Assembly: GCA_003153415.1 (NCBI GenBank)
Contig: PLYQ01000166.1
Coordinates: forward strand, 1 to 59,317
DNA length: 59,317 nt
Direction: 5' to 3'
Source of the DNA: Rhodospirillales bacterium
GTDB lineage: Bacteria > Pseudomonadota > Alphaproteobacteria > Reyranellales > Reyranellaceae
The position numbers and the translations under genes are program-made. Under the pieces are notes generated by a model. The model worked only from the letters and a program-made list of their open reading frames with translations, did not search any database and had not been told where the DNA came from. This document shows, piece after piece, positions 1-10,495 of this stretch (the stretch's first letter is position 1; each line of letters begins with the position of its first letter).

Positions 1-496
1 CGGCACGGCTGACGCTGGTCGGCGTACTGTCGGCGCCGGGCGCCTTGGCGCCGATGTTCAGCACATTGACGATGCGACCCCACTTGCGCTCGCGCATGCC
101 GGGCAGCGCCAGCCGACAGAGACGAATGGCGGCGAACAGTTTGAGGTCGAGATCGCCCTGCCAGTCCTCGTCGGTCACGGTGTCGAAGGCCTTGGCGTGG
201 CTGATGCCCGCGTTGTTGACCACGATATCGACCTTGCCGAAGTCGGCCTGGATCTTCTTCCAGGTGTCGGCGATCGGCGCCGCCTTGGAGACGTCGCAGG
301 AATAGGCCTCGACCTTGGTGTTGGCCTTGCCGGCGGCCTTCTGGACCGCGGCCTTGGCCGTGGCCAGGGCATCGGCCTTGCGCGCCAGCAGCGCCACCGA
401 GCCGCCCGAGGCGGCAAATTCCTTAGCCATGGCGAGGCCAAGACCGGTGCTCGAGCCGGTGATCACGGCCACGCGGCCGTCCATACGTACGTCCAT
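1..496 (-). CDS. SDR-family oxidoreductase, runs off the left edge of the window
   Basis: Hand translation from ATG 496 (RBS GGGAGGA): MDVRMDGRVAVITGSSTGLG...DIVVNNAG...GRIVNV. TGxxxGxG and NNAG motifs. Confidence 0.9.
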   Translation of the reverse strand, partial: MDVRMDGRVAVITGSSTGLGLAMAKEFAASGGSVALLARKADALATAKAAVQKAAGKANTKVEAYSCDVSKAAPIADTWKKIQADFGKVDIVVNNAGISHAKAFDTVTDEDWQGDLDLKLFAAIRLCRLALPGMRERKWGRIVNVLNIGAKAPGADSTPTSVSRA

Positions 497-584
497 TGGA
501 TCCTCCCAATTATCAGAGCTTGTCGACCAGAATAGCTTAACCACGCTTCGTTTGGATGTATCGCCAGATAGCGAAATTCCGCAA

Positions 585-1643
585 TCACTGAACAAGCAGG
601 CGAAGAGCCTCGATCAGCCGATCATTGTCGGCATCCGTGCCGATGCTGATGCGAAGAAAGTTGCCGATCCGATCCCCCGCAAAATGGCGCACGATAATAG
701 CGCGGCTCCGCAGATCGGCGGCGAGCTTCGCGCCGGACCTGCCGGGATGGCGGACAAACAAGAAGTTCGCAACAGATGGCAGCACCTCGAAGCCGAGCTC
801 AAGCAGTGCTGCGGCAAGACGTTGGCGGCTGGCGATAATGCGATGGCGGTTGTGCTCGAACCATGTCTGGTCCTCGAGGGCCGCCACCGCCCCCACCAAG
901 GCAAGCCGGTCGAGCGGAAAAGAATTGAAGCTGTCATTGACGCGCTCCAAGGCCTCGATGAGAGCGCGCTGGCCGATCGCGAAGCCCACGCGAAGACCGG
1001 CAAGCGAGTGCGACTTGGAGAATGTCTGAATCACCAGCAGATTGGGATAGGAACGAACCAGCGGAACGGCGCTCTCGCCGCCGAAATCCACGTAGGCCTC
1101 ATCGATGACGACAACCTGATCCTGATGTTCTGCGACCAACGCCTCTACCTCGGCGCGTCGAAGCGCGATGCCGGTCGGCGCATTCGGATTCGGCAGGATG
1201 ATCGCGCCACAGGACTGTCGATAGTCGGCGACGCGAACCCGCATCGCTCCGTCGAGCGACACTTCCCGGTAGTCGACGCCATACAGCCTGCAATAGCTCG
1301 GATAGAAGCTGTAGGTGATATCGGGAAACAGCAAAGGCGCGTCATGCCGGAGAAGAGCCTGGAAGCTATGCGCCAGGACTTCGTCCGAGCCGTTGCCGAC
1401 GAATATCTGTTCACGGTCAACACCGTGCCGCTTGGCCAATGCATCGCGCAAATGCACCGCGCCCGGATCGGGATAGAGCCGCAACGCTTCACCAGCCTCG
1501 GCCGATATGGCGGCCGCAACCCGAGGCGACGGGCCGTAGGGGTTCTCGTTGGCGTTGAGCTTCACCACACTCGCCATCGCCGGCTGCTCGCCAGGCACAT
1601 AGGGCCGCAAAGAATGAACGACCGCACTCCAGTAGCGGCTCAT
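585..1643 (-). CDS. hisC: Histidinol-phosphate aminotransferase (class II PLP enzyme)
   Basis: [58 protein letters not shown]. Start overlaps the xdhB stop (ATGA). Confidence 0.88.
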   Translation of the reverse strand: MSRYWSAVVHSLRPYVPGEQPAMASVVKLNANENPYGPSPRVAAAISAEAGEALRLYPDPGAVHLRDALAKRHGVDREQIFVGNGSDEVLAHSFQALLRHDAPLLFPDITYSFYPSYCRLYGVDYREVSLDGAMRVRVADYRQSCGAIILPNPNAPTGIALRRAEVEALVAEHQDQVVVIDEAYVDFGGESAVPLVRSYPNLLVIQTFSKSHSLAGLRVGFAIGQRALIEALERVNDSFNSFPLDRLALVGAVAALEDQTWFEHNRHRIIASRQRLAAALLELGFEVLPSVANFLFVRHPGRSGAKLAADLRSRAIIVRHFAGDRIGNFLRISIGTDADNDRLIEALRLLVQ

Positions 1644-3958
1644 CGCAGGCCCCGCGGGAGTCGAATTCGCGCCTGATCGATTGCTGAGAGCACACGCTCG
1701 GGCGTCGCCGGCGCATCCAATCGCACCGCGGTCTTGCCGTCGCCGGTCGCGGCGATCGCGTCCTTGAGCGCATTCCACACCGCCGTGGCCAGCATCAGCG
1801 GCGGCTCGCCGACCGCCTTGGAACGGAAGATCGTCGCTTCCTTCGACGGCGCATTGTCGAGCATCTTCACATTGAAGATCGCCGGCACGTCGCGGCTGCC
1901 CGGGATCTTGTAGGTCGAGGGGCCGACGGTGCGCAGCTTTCCCTCGGCGTCCCACCACAATTCCTCGCAGGTGAACCAGCCCTGGCCCTGTACGAAGGCG
2001 CCCTCGATCTGGCCGAGATCGACCGCGGGATTGAGCGAAGTGCCGCAATCCTGCACCAGATCGGCGCGCAGCACGCGGCTCTCGCCGGTCAACGTGTCGA
2101 TCGCCACTTCAGCGGCCGCGGCGCCGAAGGAGAAATAGAAGAACGGCCGGCCCTTCATCGCCGCGCCATCCCAATGAATCTTGGGCGTCTTGTAGTAGCC
2201 GGTGGCCGACAGCGACACGCGGCCCATCCAGCAGAGCTTGGCCAGCTCGCCGAAGCTCACGACCTGGTTGCTGCCCGGCTTGGCGATGCGCACGGTGCCG
2301 TCGGTGAATTCGATCTCGCTTTGGCTGGCGCCAAAATGCTCCGAAGCAAAGGCGATCATGCGGGTCTTGATCGTGTTGGCCGCCTCGTAGGCCGCCCAGC
2401 CGTTCAAGTCGGAACCGGTCGATGCTGCGGTCGGCGAGGTATTGGGCACTTCTGCGGTCGAGGTGGCAGAGGGCCGGATGCGCTCGATGTCGACCTTGAA
2501 AACCTCGGCCACCACCTGCGCCACCTTGACGAACAGCCCCTGCCCCATTTCGGTGCCGCCGTGATTGAGGCGGATCGAGCCGTCGGTATAGACATGCACC
2601 AGCGCGCCGGCCTGGTTCATATGAGGGATGTTGAAGGAGATACCGAACTTCAGCGGGAACAGACCGAGTCCGCGCTTCAAGAGTGGACTCGTGCGGTTGA
2701 AGGCGTCGACCTCGGCGCGCCGACGGTCCCACTCGCTGCCACGTTTGATCTCCGACCACAGGCGCGGCAGGTGGTTTTCCTCGAGCTTCTGGCCGTAGGG
2801 CGTCTCGTTGTTCTTGTCGTCGTAGAAATTGAGCGCGCGCACCTCGTTGGCGTCGCGGCCTAAATAGCGCGCGATGCGGTCGATCGCGTCTTCCATGACC
2901 ACGACGCCCTGCGGACCGCCGAAGCCGCGGAAGGCGGTGTTGGATTGCTTGTTGGTCTTGCAGGCGTAGCCGACGGCACGGATGTGCGGAATCCAGTAGG
3001 CGTTGTCGACATGGGTGAGCGCACGGGCGATCACGCCCGGTGTCATGTCGAGGCTCCAGCCGGCGTCGGCCGCCAGCGAGGCGTCCAGCGCGAGCACGCG
3101 GCCCTCGCCGTCGAAGCCTACCGTGTAGCGGTAGTCGAAGCCGTGCCGCTTGCCGGTGGCGATCATGTCGATCTCGCGCGGCAGGCGAAGCTTCACCGGC
3201 CGGCCGGTCCTGGCCGCCGCCAGCGCCGCCGCGCCCGCCACCCACGAGGCGTTGCTCTCCTTGCCGCCGAAGCCGCCGCCGAGACGTCGCACGACAGCGG
3301 TCACCCGGTTGAAGTCGTAACCCAGGATCTGGGCGCAAACATGCTGGACTTCCGTCGGATGCTGGGTCGAGGAGTGCACGATCAGATCGCCGTCTTCGCC
3401 TGGCAAGGCGAAGGCGACCTGACCCTCGAGATAGAAATGCTCCTGCCCGCCGACGCTGAATTCGGCGCTCAGCCTGTGCGGCGCTGAATTCAGCGCCGCA
3501 TCGGGATCGCCACGCAGGATCGTCGACGGCGCCTGCACATAGGCCTGCCTGGCGAGCGCCGTGGCAATGTCGAGGATTGCCTCGGTCGGATCGATCTCGA
3601 CCACCGCCCGCTCGACGGCGGCGCGCGCCCGGTCGAGGGTGTCGGCCACGATCACCGCCAGCGGCTGGCCCGCGAACTCGACCTTGTCCTCGGCGAACAG
3701 CGGCTCTTCCTTGCCGGGGCTCGCGATGTTGTTGCGGCCGGGAATGTCGCTTGCCGCGAACACGCCCTTCACACCGGGCGACGCTGCCGCCGCCGAGAGA
3801 TCGAGTTTGCGCAGGCGGCCCGCCGCGACGGGGCTCAGCACCAGGGCGGCATGCAGCGTGCCGGGCGGCTCGGGCATGTCGTCGATATAGACCGCCTGGC
3901 CGGTGACGTGCTTCAGCGCACTGTCGTGGCGCTCGGCGCTACCGATGCCGCCCTTCAT
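1640..3958 (-). CDS. xdhB: Xanthine dehydrogenase molybdopterin-binding subunit
   Basis: [55 protein letters not shown]. Confidence 0.93.
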   Translation of the reverse strand: MKGGIGSAERHDSALKHVTGQAVYIDDMPEPPGTLHAALVLSPVAAGRLRKLDLSAAAASPGVKGVFAASDIPGRNNIASPGKEEPLFAEDKVEFAGQPLAVIVADTLDRARAAVERAVVEIDPTEAILDIATALARQAYVQAPSTILRGDPDAALNSAPHRLSAEFSVGGQEHFYLEGQVAFALPGEDGDLIVHSSTQHPTEVQHVCAQILGYDFNRVTAVVRRLGGGFGGKESNASWVAGAAALAAARTGRPVKLRLPREIDMIATGKRHGFDYRYTVGFDGEGRVLALDASLAADAGWSLDMTPGVIARALTHVDNAYWIPHIRAVGYACKTNKQSNTAFRGFGGPQGVVVMEDAIDRIARYLGRDANEVRALNFYDDKNNETPYGQKLEENHLPRLWSEIKRGSEWDRRRAEVDAFNRTSPLLKRGLGLFPLKFGISFNIPHMNQAGALVHVYTDGSIRLNHGGTEMGQGLFVKVAQVVAEVFKVDIERIRPSATSTAEVPNTSPTAASTGSDLNGWAAYEAANTIKTRMIAFASEHFGASQSEIEFTDGTVRIAKPGSNQVVSFGELAKLCWMGRVSLSATGYYKTPKIHWDGAAMKGRPFFYFSFGAAAAEVAIDTLTGESRVLRADLVQDCGTSLNPAVDLGQIEGAFVQGQGWFTCEELWWDAEGKLRTVGPSTYKIPGSRDVPAIFNVKMLDNAPSKEATIFRSKAVGEPPLMLATAVWNALKDAIAATGDGKTAVRLDAPATPERVLSAIDQARIRLPRGLR

Positions 3959-5340
3959 AGCGCCTCGACCTCGACCGGGAATTCCGGTTCAGCAATACGT
4001 ACCGCGAGGCGGCGCAGCAGATTGGCCGCAACCTTCATGCGATAGGCTCCGGTGCCACGCCAGTCGTCGATCGGCTCGAAATCCAAGGGTAGCGCCGACG
4101 CGGAGGCGGCAATGAGCCCGTCCTTTAACAACAACGCCTCGACATGGTGCGCTCTCTTCGGAATCGCGGCCATGCCACCGAAGGCCATCCGCACGTCCTC
4201 AATCTTGCCGTTCTTGATGCGCAGGCGATAACCCGCCGCCACGGTCGAGATGTCCTGGTCGCGCCGCTTCGAAATCTTGTCGCAGAAGAAGACCTCGCCC
4301 GGCCACAGCTTGGGCATCGACAGGCTTTGGATCACCTCGTCCGCTGCCAACGCCGTCTTGCGGTAACCCACGAAGAAATCGTCGAGCGCCAGCTCGCGCG
4401 CGCCGCGCGTCGAGACGAGCAGCAGCTTGGCCTCGAGCGCCAGCAGCACCGGCGGCATGTCACCGATCGGCGAGGCAGTGCCGATGTTTCCGCCGATCGT
4501 CCCCAGAGTGCGGATCTGCCGCGAGCCCAGCCGCGCGAGGTAGGTTTTCAGTGCCGGATAGGCTGCGATCAAGACCGGCATCGCGTCGGCATAGGTGACC
4601 GCCGCACCAATGGTGATCTGTTCCTTGTCCTCGGCGATCGCCGTGAGCTCCGGCACGTGCGCCACGTGGATCACCGACCGAGGCGGCTTGCGCGACCGGC
4701 TGGCCAACAGACCGAGGTCGGTGGCGCCGGCCAGCAGCACGGCGCCGCGTCGCTCGACCCGCAGCTTCAGGAGCTCGGCGAGCGTGCGCGGCGCGTGGAA
4801 ATTCTCCTCAAACACGGCTGCCGCCGTTCGCCGCGGCGGGGGCGATGCCGGCTCGATCGCCAGGCCCGCCACCCGTGTCATGGCCTCGACGATCGGCCGG
4901 TAGCCGGTGCAGCGGCAGAGATTGCCGGCCAGCGCATCGTGGATGGTTTCGGGATCGGCCTTTTCGCCGCCGGCGGCAAAGGCATAGGCCGACATGACGA
5001 AGCCCGGCGTGCAGAAGCCGCATTGCGTGGCGTCCGAATCGGCCATCGCCACCTGCACCGCGTGCGGCGCGCCACCCGGACCGAGCAAGCCCTCGACCGT
5101 GCGCACCGCCTGGCTGTCGACCTGGCCTAGCAGCACGATGCAGGAATTCATCGCCTCACGCCGTCCGTCGGCACGTTCGAGCACCACCGTGCAGGCGCCG
5201 CAGTCGCCCTCGGCGCAACCTTCCTTGGTGCCTTTCAGCCCGCGGTGATCGCGCAGCCAGTCGAGCAGCGTCGTCATCGGCGAGACGCCGGACAGCTCGA
5301 CCGGTCGGTCGTTGAGCGAGAAGCGTATGCGGTCCGCCAT
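3955..5340 (-). CDS. xdhA: Xanthine dehydrogenase small subunit (2Fe-2S + FAD)
   Basis: GTKEGCAEGDCGACTV, QCGFCTPGF, GNLCRCTGY, ASPIGD, KISKRRDQDIS. Start taken at ATG 5340 (MADRIRF). Confidence 0.92.
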   Translation of the reverse strand: MADRIRFSLNDRPVELSGVSPMTTLLDWLRDHRGLKGTKEGCAEGDCGACTVVLERADGRREAMNSCIVLLGQVDSQAVRTVEGLLGPGGAPHAVQVAMADSDATQCGFCTPGFVMSAYAFAAGGEKADPETIHDALAGNLCRCTGYRPIVEAMTRVAGLAIEPASPPPRRTAAAVFEENFHAPRTLAELLKLRVERRGAVLLAGATDLGLLASRSRKPPRSVIHVAHVPELTAIAEDKEQITIGAAVTYADAMPVLIAAYPALKTYLARLGSRQIRTLGTIGGNIGTASPIGDMPPVLLALEAKLLLVSTRGARELALDDFFVGYRKTALAADEVIQSLSMPKLWPGEVFFCDKISKRRDQDISTVAAGYRLRIKNGKIEDVRMAFGGMAAIPKRAHHVEALLLKDGLIAASASALPLDFEPIDDWRGTGAYRMKVAANLLRRLAVRIAEPEFPVEVEAL

Positions 5341-5442
5341 GCGAGCAGGATAGGGACGTTGAAGAGAGGCGCAACCCATGATGCACTCCAAGATGCACTG
5401 GGCGTACCAACTCGCCCGGCCAACCACAGAAAGACTCTAGCG

Positions 5443-6342
5443 ATGGATCCTTACCGGTACGGCTATTCGCCCGTCGTCGAACGGCCGAAGCTCTCGTGGC
5501 CCAACGGCGCCCGGGTCGCGGTGTGGCTCTGCCCCAATATCGAGCACTACGAATACGTGCCGGCCGAGGTGCGGGTGCGCAATCCGTGGCCACGCACCCC
5601 GCATCCCGACGTGCTGGGCTACGGCGGCCGCGACTACGGCAACCGGGTCGGCTTGTGGCGCATGTTCGACGTGATGGACAAGCACAACGTGCGCTGCACC
5701 GTGTCGCTGTCGATGTCGGTGATCGAGATGTATCCCGAGATCCTCGAGGCCATGGAAGCGCGGCGCTGGGAGTACATGAGCCACGGCTACCTCAACACGC
5801 GCTACCACTGGAACTACAGCGAGGAAGAAGAGCGCGAGGTCATCGAGCACAGCAAGGCCACGCACCTCAGGCTGACCGGCCGCAAGCTGCGCGGCTGGTT
5901 CTCACCCGCCATCTCCAACACGCTCAACACGCCCGATCTCGTGAAGCAGGCCGGCCTCGACTATATCTGCGACTTCTATCACGACGACCAGCCGACGCCG
6001 CTTGCCACCAAGCACGGTGTGCTGATGCACGTGCCCTACACGATGGATCTCAACGATGCGCTGATCTATCGCCAGCCGGTCGAGGCCGAGGAATTTGCCC
6101 AGATGATCGTCGACCATTTCGACACGGTCTATCGCGAGGGCAACGAGAACGGACGGGTGATGTGCATTGCGCTGCACCCCTACATGATGGGAGCGCCGCA
6201 CCGCCTGAAACATCTCGATCGGGCGCTCGGCTACATCCGCAAGCACAAGGACGCATGGATCTGCACCGCCGAGGAGATCCTCGACTGGTACACAGCCAAT
6301 GGCCTCACGGCCTATCAGCAACACCTCGGCAAGGAGGCGTGA
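5443..6342 (+). CDS. Polysaccharide deacetylase (CE4)-fold protein, PuuE/allantoinase-like
   Basis: RPKLSWPNGARVAVW, RDYGNRVGLWR, EYMSHG, DDQP, IALHPY. Divergent from xdhA. Confidence 0.8.
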   Translation: MDPYRYGYSPVVERPKLSWPNGARVAVWLCPNIEHYEYVPAEVRVRNPWPRTPHPDVLGYGGRDYGNRVGLWRMFDVMDKHNVRCTVSLSMSVIEMYPEILEAMEARRWEYMSHGYLNTRYHWNYSEEEEREVIEHSKATHLRLTGRKLRGWFSPAISNTLNTPDLVKQAGLDYICDFYHDDQPTPLATKHGVLMHVPYTMDLNDALIYRQPVEAEEFAQMIVDHFDTVYREGNENGRVMCIALHPYMMGAPHRLKHLDRALGYIRKHKDAWICTAEEILDWYTANGLTAYQQHLGKEA

Positions 6343-6343
6343 G

Positions 6344-7270
6344 ATGAGCACGTCCTCCGTTCCCAAGAATCCGCCGCCGCTCAAGCCCGGCATGGACCAT
6401 GCCCTGTACGACTACGCGCCCTTCCCCGAGCGGCCCCGCCTCACCTGGCCCAAAAACGCGCGCATCGCTTCGTACGTCATCCTGCATCTCGAATACTGGG
6501 AGCTGCTGCCCGACGAGAAGAGCTACAAGGACCCGCGCATGACAGGCGAGTTCGGCAGCTACACTCCCGACTACCGCACCTGGACGCAGCGCGACTTCGG
6601 CAACCGGACCGGCATCTTCCGCGTGTTCGACGTGCTCGACCGCTACCAGATCAGGGCGGGCGTCGCGGTGAATGCACTGGCCGCCGAGCGCTATCCCTAC
6701 CTGGTCGAGCAGTGCAAGAAGCGCAAATACGAGCTCATCGCCCACGGCCATTCGGCCAATCGCATGATCACGTCACAGATGACCGAGGCCGAGGAGAAGG
6801 CCGAGATCGCGAACTCCATTGCCGCGATCGAAAAGGCGGCGGGCGTGCGGCCGACCGGCTGGCTCGGCCAGGATTATGGCGAGAGCCCGCGCACGCCGCA
6901 GCTGCTGGCCGATGCCGGCCTCGACTACGTGCTCGACTGGCCGAACGACGACCAGCCCTACCCGATGAAGGTGGCCGGCCGGAAGTTCGTCTCCCTGCCC
7001 AGCCAGCCGGAATGGGACGACGTCCAGCAGCTGTGGCTCCGGCGCATCAGCACCACGCGCTATCCCGACCTGGTGGGCGAAGCTTTCGAGCAGCTGCATG
7101 AGGAAGGCGGCCAGGTCTTCAACCTCGCGGTCCATCCCTGGCTGATGGGCATGGCGCATCGCATAAAATATCTCGACGAGGCGCTGCGCCGGGTCGACCG
7201 GTTCAGCAACGTCTGGCATGCCACGCCCGGCGAGGTCGCGGCCTACTACGCAAAGACGATGATAAGCTGA
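6344..7270 (+). CDS. Second CE4/PuuE-like protein, tandem paralog
   Basis: RPRLTWPKNARIA, RDFGNRTGIFR, ELIAHG, NDDQPY, LAVHPW. Starts 1 nt after the upstream stop. Confidence 0.8.
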   Translation: MSTSSVPKNPPPLKPGMDHALYDYAPFPERPRLTWPKNARIASYVILHLEYWELLPDEKSYKDPRMTGEFGSYTPDYRTWTQRDFGNRTGIFRVFDVLDRYQIRAGVAVNALAAERYPYLVEQCKKRKYELIAHGHSANRMITSQMTEAEEKAEIANSIAAIEKAAGVRPTGWLGQDYGESPRTPQLLADAGLDYVLDWPNDDQPYPMKVAGRKFVSLPSQPEWDDVQQLWLRRISTTRYPDLVGEAFEQLHEEGGQVFNLAVHPWLMGMAHRIKYLDEALRRVDRFSNVWHATPGEVAAYYAKTMIS

Positions 7271-7276
7271 CGGCTC

Positions 7277-8908
7277 TTAGTTGTCACAGGGCCTTGCCGG
7301 CGCACCGTCGCGTGGACGCAATGCCAGTCTTGTATCGGGCATTACCCGATAGACCGGCGCCTGCGTCTCGTCGGCCGTCATGGGGATGACACCGACGCCG
7401 AGGTAGCTGCCCGGCGAGTCGGGCTCGAGGGCGGCGGCGACGATGCCTGCCGCGGGCTGCGCCATCGGTACAAACAAGGCGCCGGCTGGCACATCGAGAG
7501 GCCGCACCACGATCTGTACGCGCACCGACTGGTCGGGGTTGATCGATTCGCGGCCGGCCTTGGCGCCAACGCGCGTCACGAGGTAAGCCTCAACCATGGC
7601 GGAAGCCGCCGTCGTCACCACGCACGTCGCAGCCGCGTTCAGCGCCAGCCGATCGGCGGCCGCCTCACGCCCGCGCAGCACCAGATAGCCGCGCGGCCGC
7701 GAGCGGACATCGACTGGCCGGATGTCGCGGCTGTCGACCAGCCGCACCTTGGTTGGTTTGGCGGCGCCGCTTTGCGGGTCGATCAGCGGCAACTCGACAT
7801 CGCGCTCGCCCTCCTTGTGCGACACCACGAGATCGGAGCGGTCGTTGGCCGCAGCGGCGCGCGCCTCGGCGAGACGCTTCAGCAGACTCTGCGGATCGGC
7901 GGCGCTGGTCTCCAGCACCGCCTTGGCCAGCAGATAGTGCGTAGCAACGCGGCGTTGGTAGGACTGCAGGCCGATGCCGACGCCGCGCGTCTCGATCAGA
8001 TAGGACACGGTGCCGCGCAGCCCAAAGGTATTGCGCGCAATGCCCGCGGCCGTGCCGCCGAGCGACACGCGCCGGTCCGACGGATCGGGCGCTGTGGTGA
8101 GGTAGTCGTAGCTCGACAGGCCGTGCCTGGCGATGGCGGCCTCGAGGGCCGGGCGATAGAGATCGCGCGCGATGGCGGTCAGAGCCTTGGGGATCGTGGG
8201 GTGCGTCGCCTCGAGGATCATCACATCGGAGCCCTGCAGCGCGCCGAACTTCTCGACCCAGCGCCAGGCCACGCTGAACTCATGATGGTCGAACACGACG
8301 TCGGGCGGCAAAACGCGCATCGCCTGATGCAACGCGCGGACCTCGGGTTGACTGAGCTGCAGGTGATCGCGGTTGGGATCGGCGCCACTGGCCACGACAC
8401 GACGATCGGCCGCCGCACCGTCGACATTGGCGCGCGGCACGATCACAACGCTCACCTTGGCGAGCAGCGGCGCCAAATCGCCTCTGGCCAGCGCCGCAGC
8501 CAGCGCCAGCATGGCCTCGCCGCCCGCCGGCTCGTTGCCGTGCTGCTGGCCGATCAGCCACACCACCGGACGGCCGAGGGCGCGGATCGCCGCCGGATCG
8601 GCGAGACCTTCGACAGTGAGATAAAGTACGGGAATGTCGCGACCCTGCGTCGAGCGGCCGAGGCTGCCGAGCCGCGCCTGCCGCGAGTCGAGGACGAGCG
8701 TGGCGAGAAAGTCAGCCATCGCCTCCTGGTTGGTGAGTGTGGGGTCCGGCGTTCGAAAGGCGGGACTGTCGAGACGTATATCCGGAACCGGCGGATAGTG
8801 CGCCAGCACGGCAGCGCTCTGGCGATAGTCGGACGGCGCACGCTGCTGCGCGGCAGCGGTGCCCGCCAATAGAAGAAACAGGACAAGCAAAATACGAAAT
8901 CGGGGCAT
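7277..8908 (-). CDS. Secreted M14-family zinc carboxypeptidase
   Basis: Signal peptide MPRFRILLVLFLLLAGTAAAQ, QQHGNEPAG, PRANVDG, DPNRDH, DHHE, LIETRG. Confidence 0.85.
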   Translation of the reverse strand: MPRFRILLVLFLLLAGTAAAQQRAPSDYRQSAAVLAHYPPVPDIRLDSPAFRTPDPTLTNQEAMADFLATLVLDSRQARLGSLGRSTQGRDIPVLYLTVEGLADPAAIRALGRPVVWLIGQQHGNEPAGGEAMLALAAALARGDLAPLLAKVSVVIVPRANVDGAAADRRVVASGADPNRDHLQLSQPEVRALHQAMRVLPPDVVFDHHEFSVAWRWVEKFGALQGSDVMILEATHPTIPKALTAIARDLYRPALEAAIARHGLSSYDYLTTAPDPSDRRVSLGGTAAGIARNTFGLRGTVSYLIETRGVGIGLQSYQRRVATHYLLAKAVLETSAADPQSLLKRLAEARAAAANDRSDLVVSHKEGERDVELPLIDPQSGAAKPTKVRLVDSRDIRPVDVRSRPRGYLVLRGREAAADRLALNAAATCVVTTAASAMVEAYLVTRVGAKAGRESINPDQSVRVQIVVRPLDVPAGALFVPMAQPAAGIVAAALEPDSPGSYLGVGVIPMTADETQAPVYRVMPDTRLALRPRDGAPARPCDN

Positions 8909-8919
8909 TGCTGACGCTA

Positions 8920-10071
8920 TCACGCCGCCTCGCCCGCCACCCAGCCAGACGACCAGGCCCACTGGAAATTGTAACCGCCCAGCCAGCCCGTGACGTCGAC
9001 GGCTTCGCCGATGACATAAAGACCGGGCACCTTCTTGGCTTCCATGGTCTTCGACGATAGCCCTGCAGTGTCGACGCCGCCCAGGGTCACCTCGGCCTTG
9101 GCGTAGCCCTCGGTGCCGGTTGGAGTCACGCGCCAGGCTTTCAAAGCAGTCGCGAGCGTCTCGAGATCCTTGTCGCGCCGTTCGCCGATCACGCCCTCGT
9201 CGGCCAGCACCTGCGCCAGGCGCTGCGGCATCACTTCCCCCAGAATCGTGCGCAGCTCGGCTTTCGGTCGCGCGCGCTTGCGCTCCTTGAGGAACGCTGC
9301 GGCGTCCAGATCGGGCAACAGGTCGACCGCGATCTCCTGGCCGGCGCGCCAGTAGGACGAAATCTGCAGGATCGCCGGGCCGGAAAGGCCGCGATGGGTG
9401 AACAGCATGGCCTCGCGGAACTTCGTGCGGCCAAGGCTCGCCACCACGTCGAGCGATACGCCGCTGAGATCCGGCACCGTTGCCAGCAACGGAACCAGCG
9501 CCGGCCGCGTCTCGGTCATCTTGAGGCCGAAGCGGCGGGCGGTGTCATGGGCAAATCCGGTCGCGCCCATCTTGGGGATGGAGAGGCCACCGGTCGCCAG
9601 CACGACCGACTGCGAGGTGAAGTCGCCATGGTCGGTTTTCACCGTGAAGCCGTCGACTTTCTCGATGGCGGAAATCCTGTGCGCCACGCGGACGTCGACG
9701 CCGACGGCGGCGGCTTCGTCCAGCAGCATGGCCACGATCTGACGCGCCGAGCCGTCGCAGAACAGCTGACCCAGGGTCTTTTCGTGCCAGGCGATGCCGT
9801 GCTTTTCGACCAGGGCGATGAAGTCGTGCTGGGTGTAGCGCGCCAGCGCCGATTTAGCGAAATGCGGATTGGCCGACAGGAACGCCTCCGGCCGGCTGTC
9901 ACGGTTGGTAAAGTTGCAGCGCCCGCCGCCCGAGATCAGGATTTTCTTGCCGACCTTGTCGGCGTGCTCCAGCACCACGACGCGCCGGCCGCGCTGGCCG
10001 GCGCGGATGGCGCACATCAGTCCGGCGGCACCGGCGCCGGCAACGACCACATCGAAGCGCTGGCGGTTCAC
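8920..10071 (-). CDS. HI0933/BaiN/YhiN-family NAD(P)/FAD-dependent oxidoreductase
   Basis: GAGAAG, GKKILISGGGRCNFTN, LFTHRGLSGP, AEVTLGGV, GGYNFQWAWSSG. GTG start overlaps the crcB stop. Confidence 0.9.
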   Translation of the reverse strand: MNRQRFDVVVAGAGAAGLMCAIRAGQRGRRVVVLEHADKVGKKILISGGGRCNFTNRDSRPEAFLSANPHFAKSALARYTQHDFIALVEKHGIAWHEKTLGQLFCDGSARQIVAMLLDEAAAVGVDVRVAHRISAIEKVDGFTVKTDHGDFTSQSVVLATGGLSIPKMGATGFAHDTARRFGLKMTETRPALVPLLATVPDLSGVSLDVVASLGRTKFREAMLFTHRGLSGPAILQISSYWRAGQEIAVDLLPDLDAAAFLKERKRARPKAELRTILGEVMPQRLAQVLADEGVIGERRDKDLETLATALKAWRVTPTGTEGYAKAEVTLGGVDTAGLSSKTMEAKKVPGLYVIGEAVDVTGWLGGYNFQWAWSSGWVAGEAA

Positions 10072-10448
10072 GCCAGGGCCGTCCTCATGATCCACAGGCC
10101 GAGCAGGAGTCCGGCAATGGCGCCCGCCACCGAGCCGCCGACATAGAGCGCGGCCAGGGTGTGCTCATGACGTTCCCACAGCAGGACGGCATCGAGCGAG
10201 AAGGCCGAGAAGGTGGTGAAGCCACCCAGGATGCCGGTGGCGAGGAACAGCCGCATATGGCCCGTCGCGCCGCCTTTCTGCGCGAACCAGCCGGCGACCA
10301 ACCCCATCGCCAGCGAGCCCGCGATGTTGATGACCAGTGTGTACGAGGGAAAATGCGTGCCCAAAAGCCGCGCCACCCAGATGTTCATGCCGTGGCGGAT
10401 GGCGCCGCCGACGCCCGCGCCGATGAAGACCACCAGATAGCCCTGCAT
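10068..10448 (-). CDS. crcB: Fluoride efflux channel (Fluc/CrcB)
   Basis: GAGVGGAIRH, TLVINIAGS, TGILGGFTTFSAFSLD; 126 aa, four hydrophobic segments. Confidence 0.93.
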   Translation of the reverse strand: MQGYLVVFIGAGVGGAIRHGMNIWVARLLGTHFPSYTLVINIAGSLAMGLVAGWFAQKGGATGHMRLFLATGILGGFTTFSAFSLDAVLLWERHEHTLAALYVGGSVAGAIAGLLLGLWIMRTALA

Positions 10449-10495
10449 GCCGCCCCTTCTCCCGCTCGTGTTTAGTCAGTTGCCATAGTGCGGCA

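Noticed and set aside
10449-10495. Fluoride riboswitch upstream of crcB
   Set aside because: The gap is only 47 nt and I could not see the GGCGATGG..TAA..GCTGATGAC pattern.
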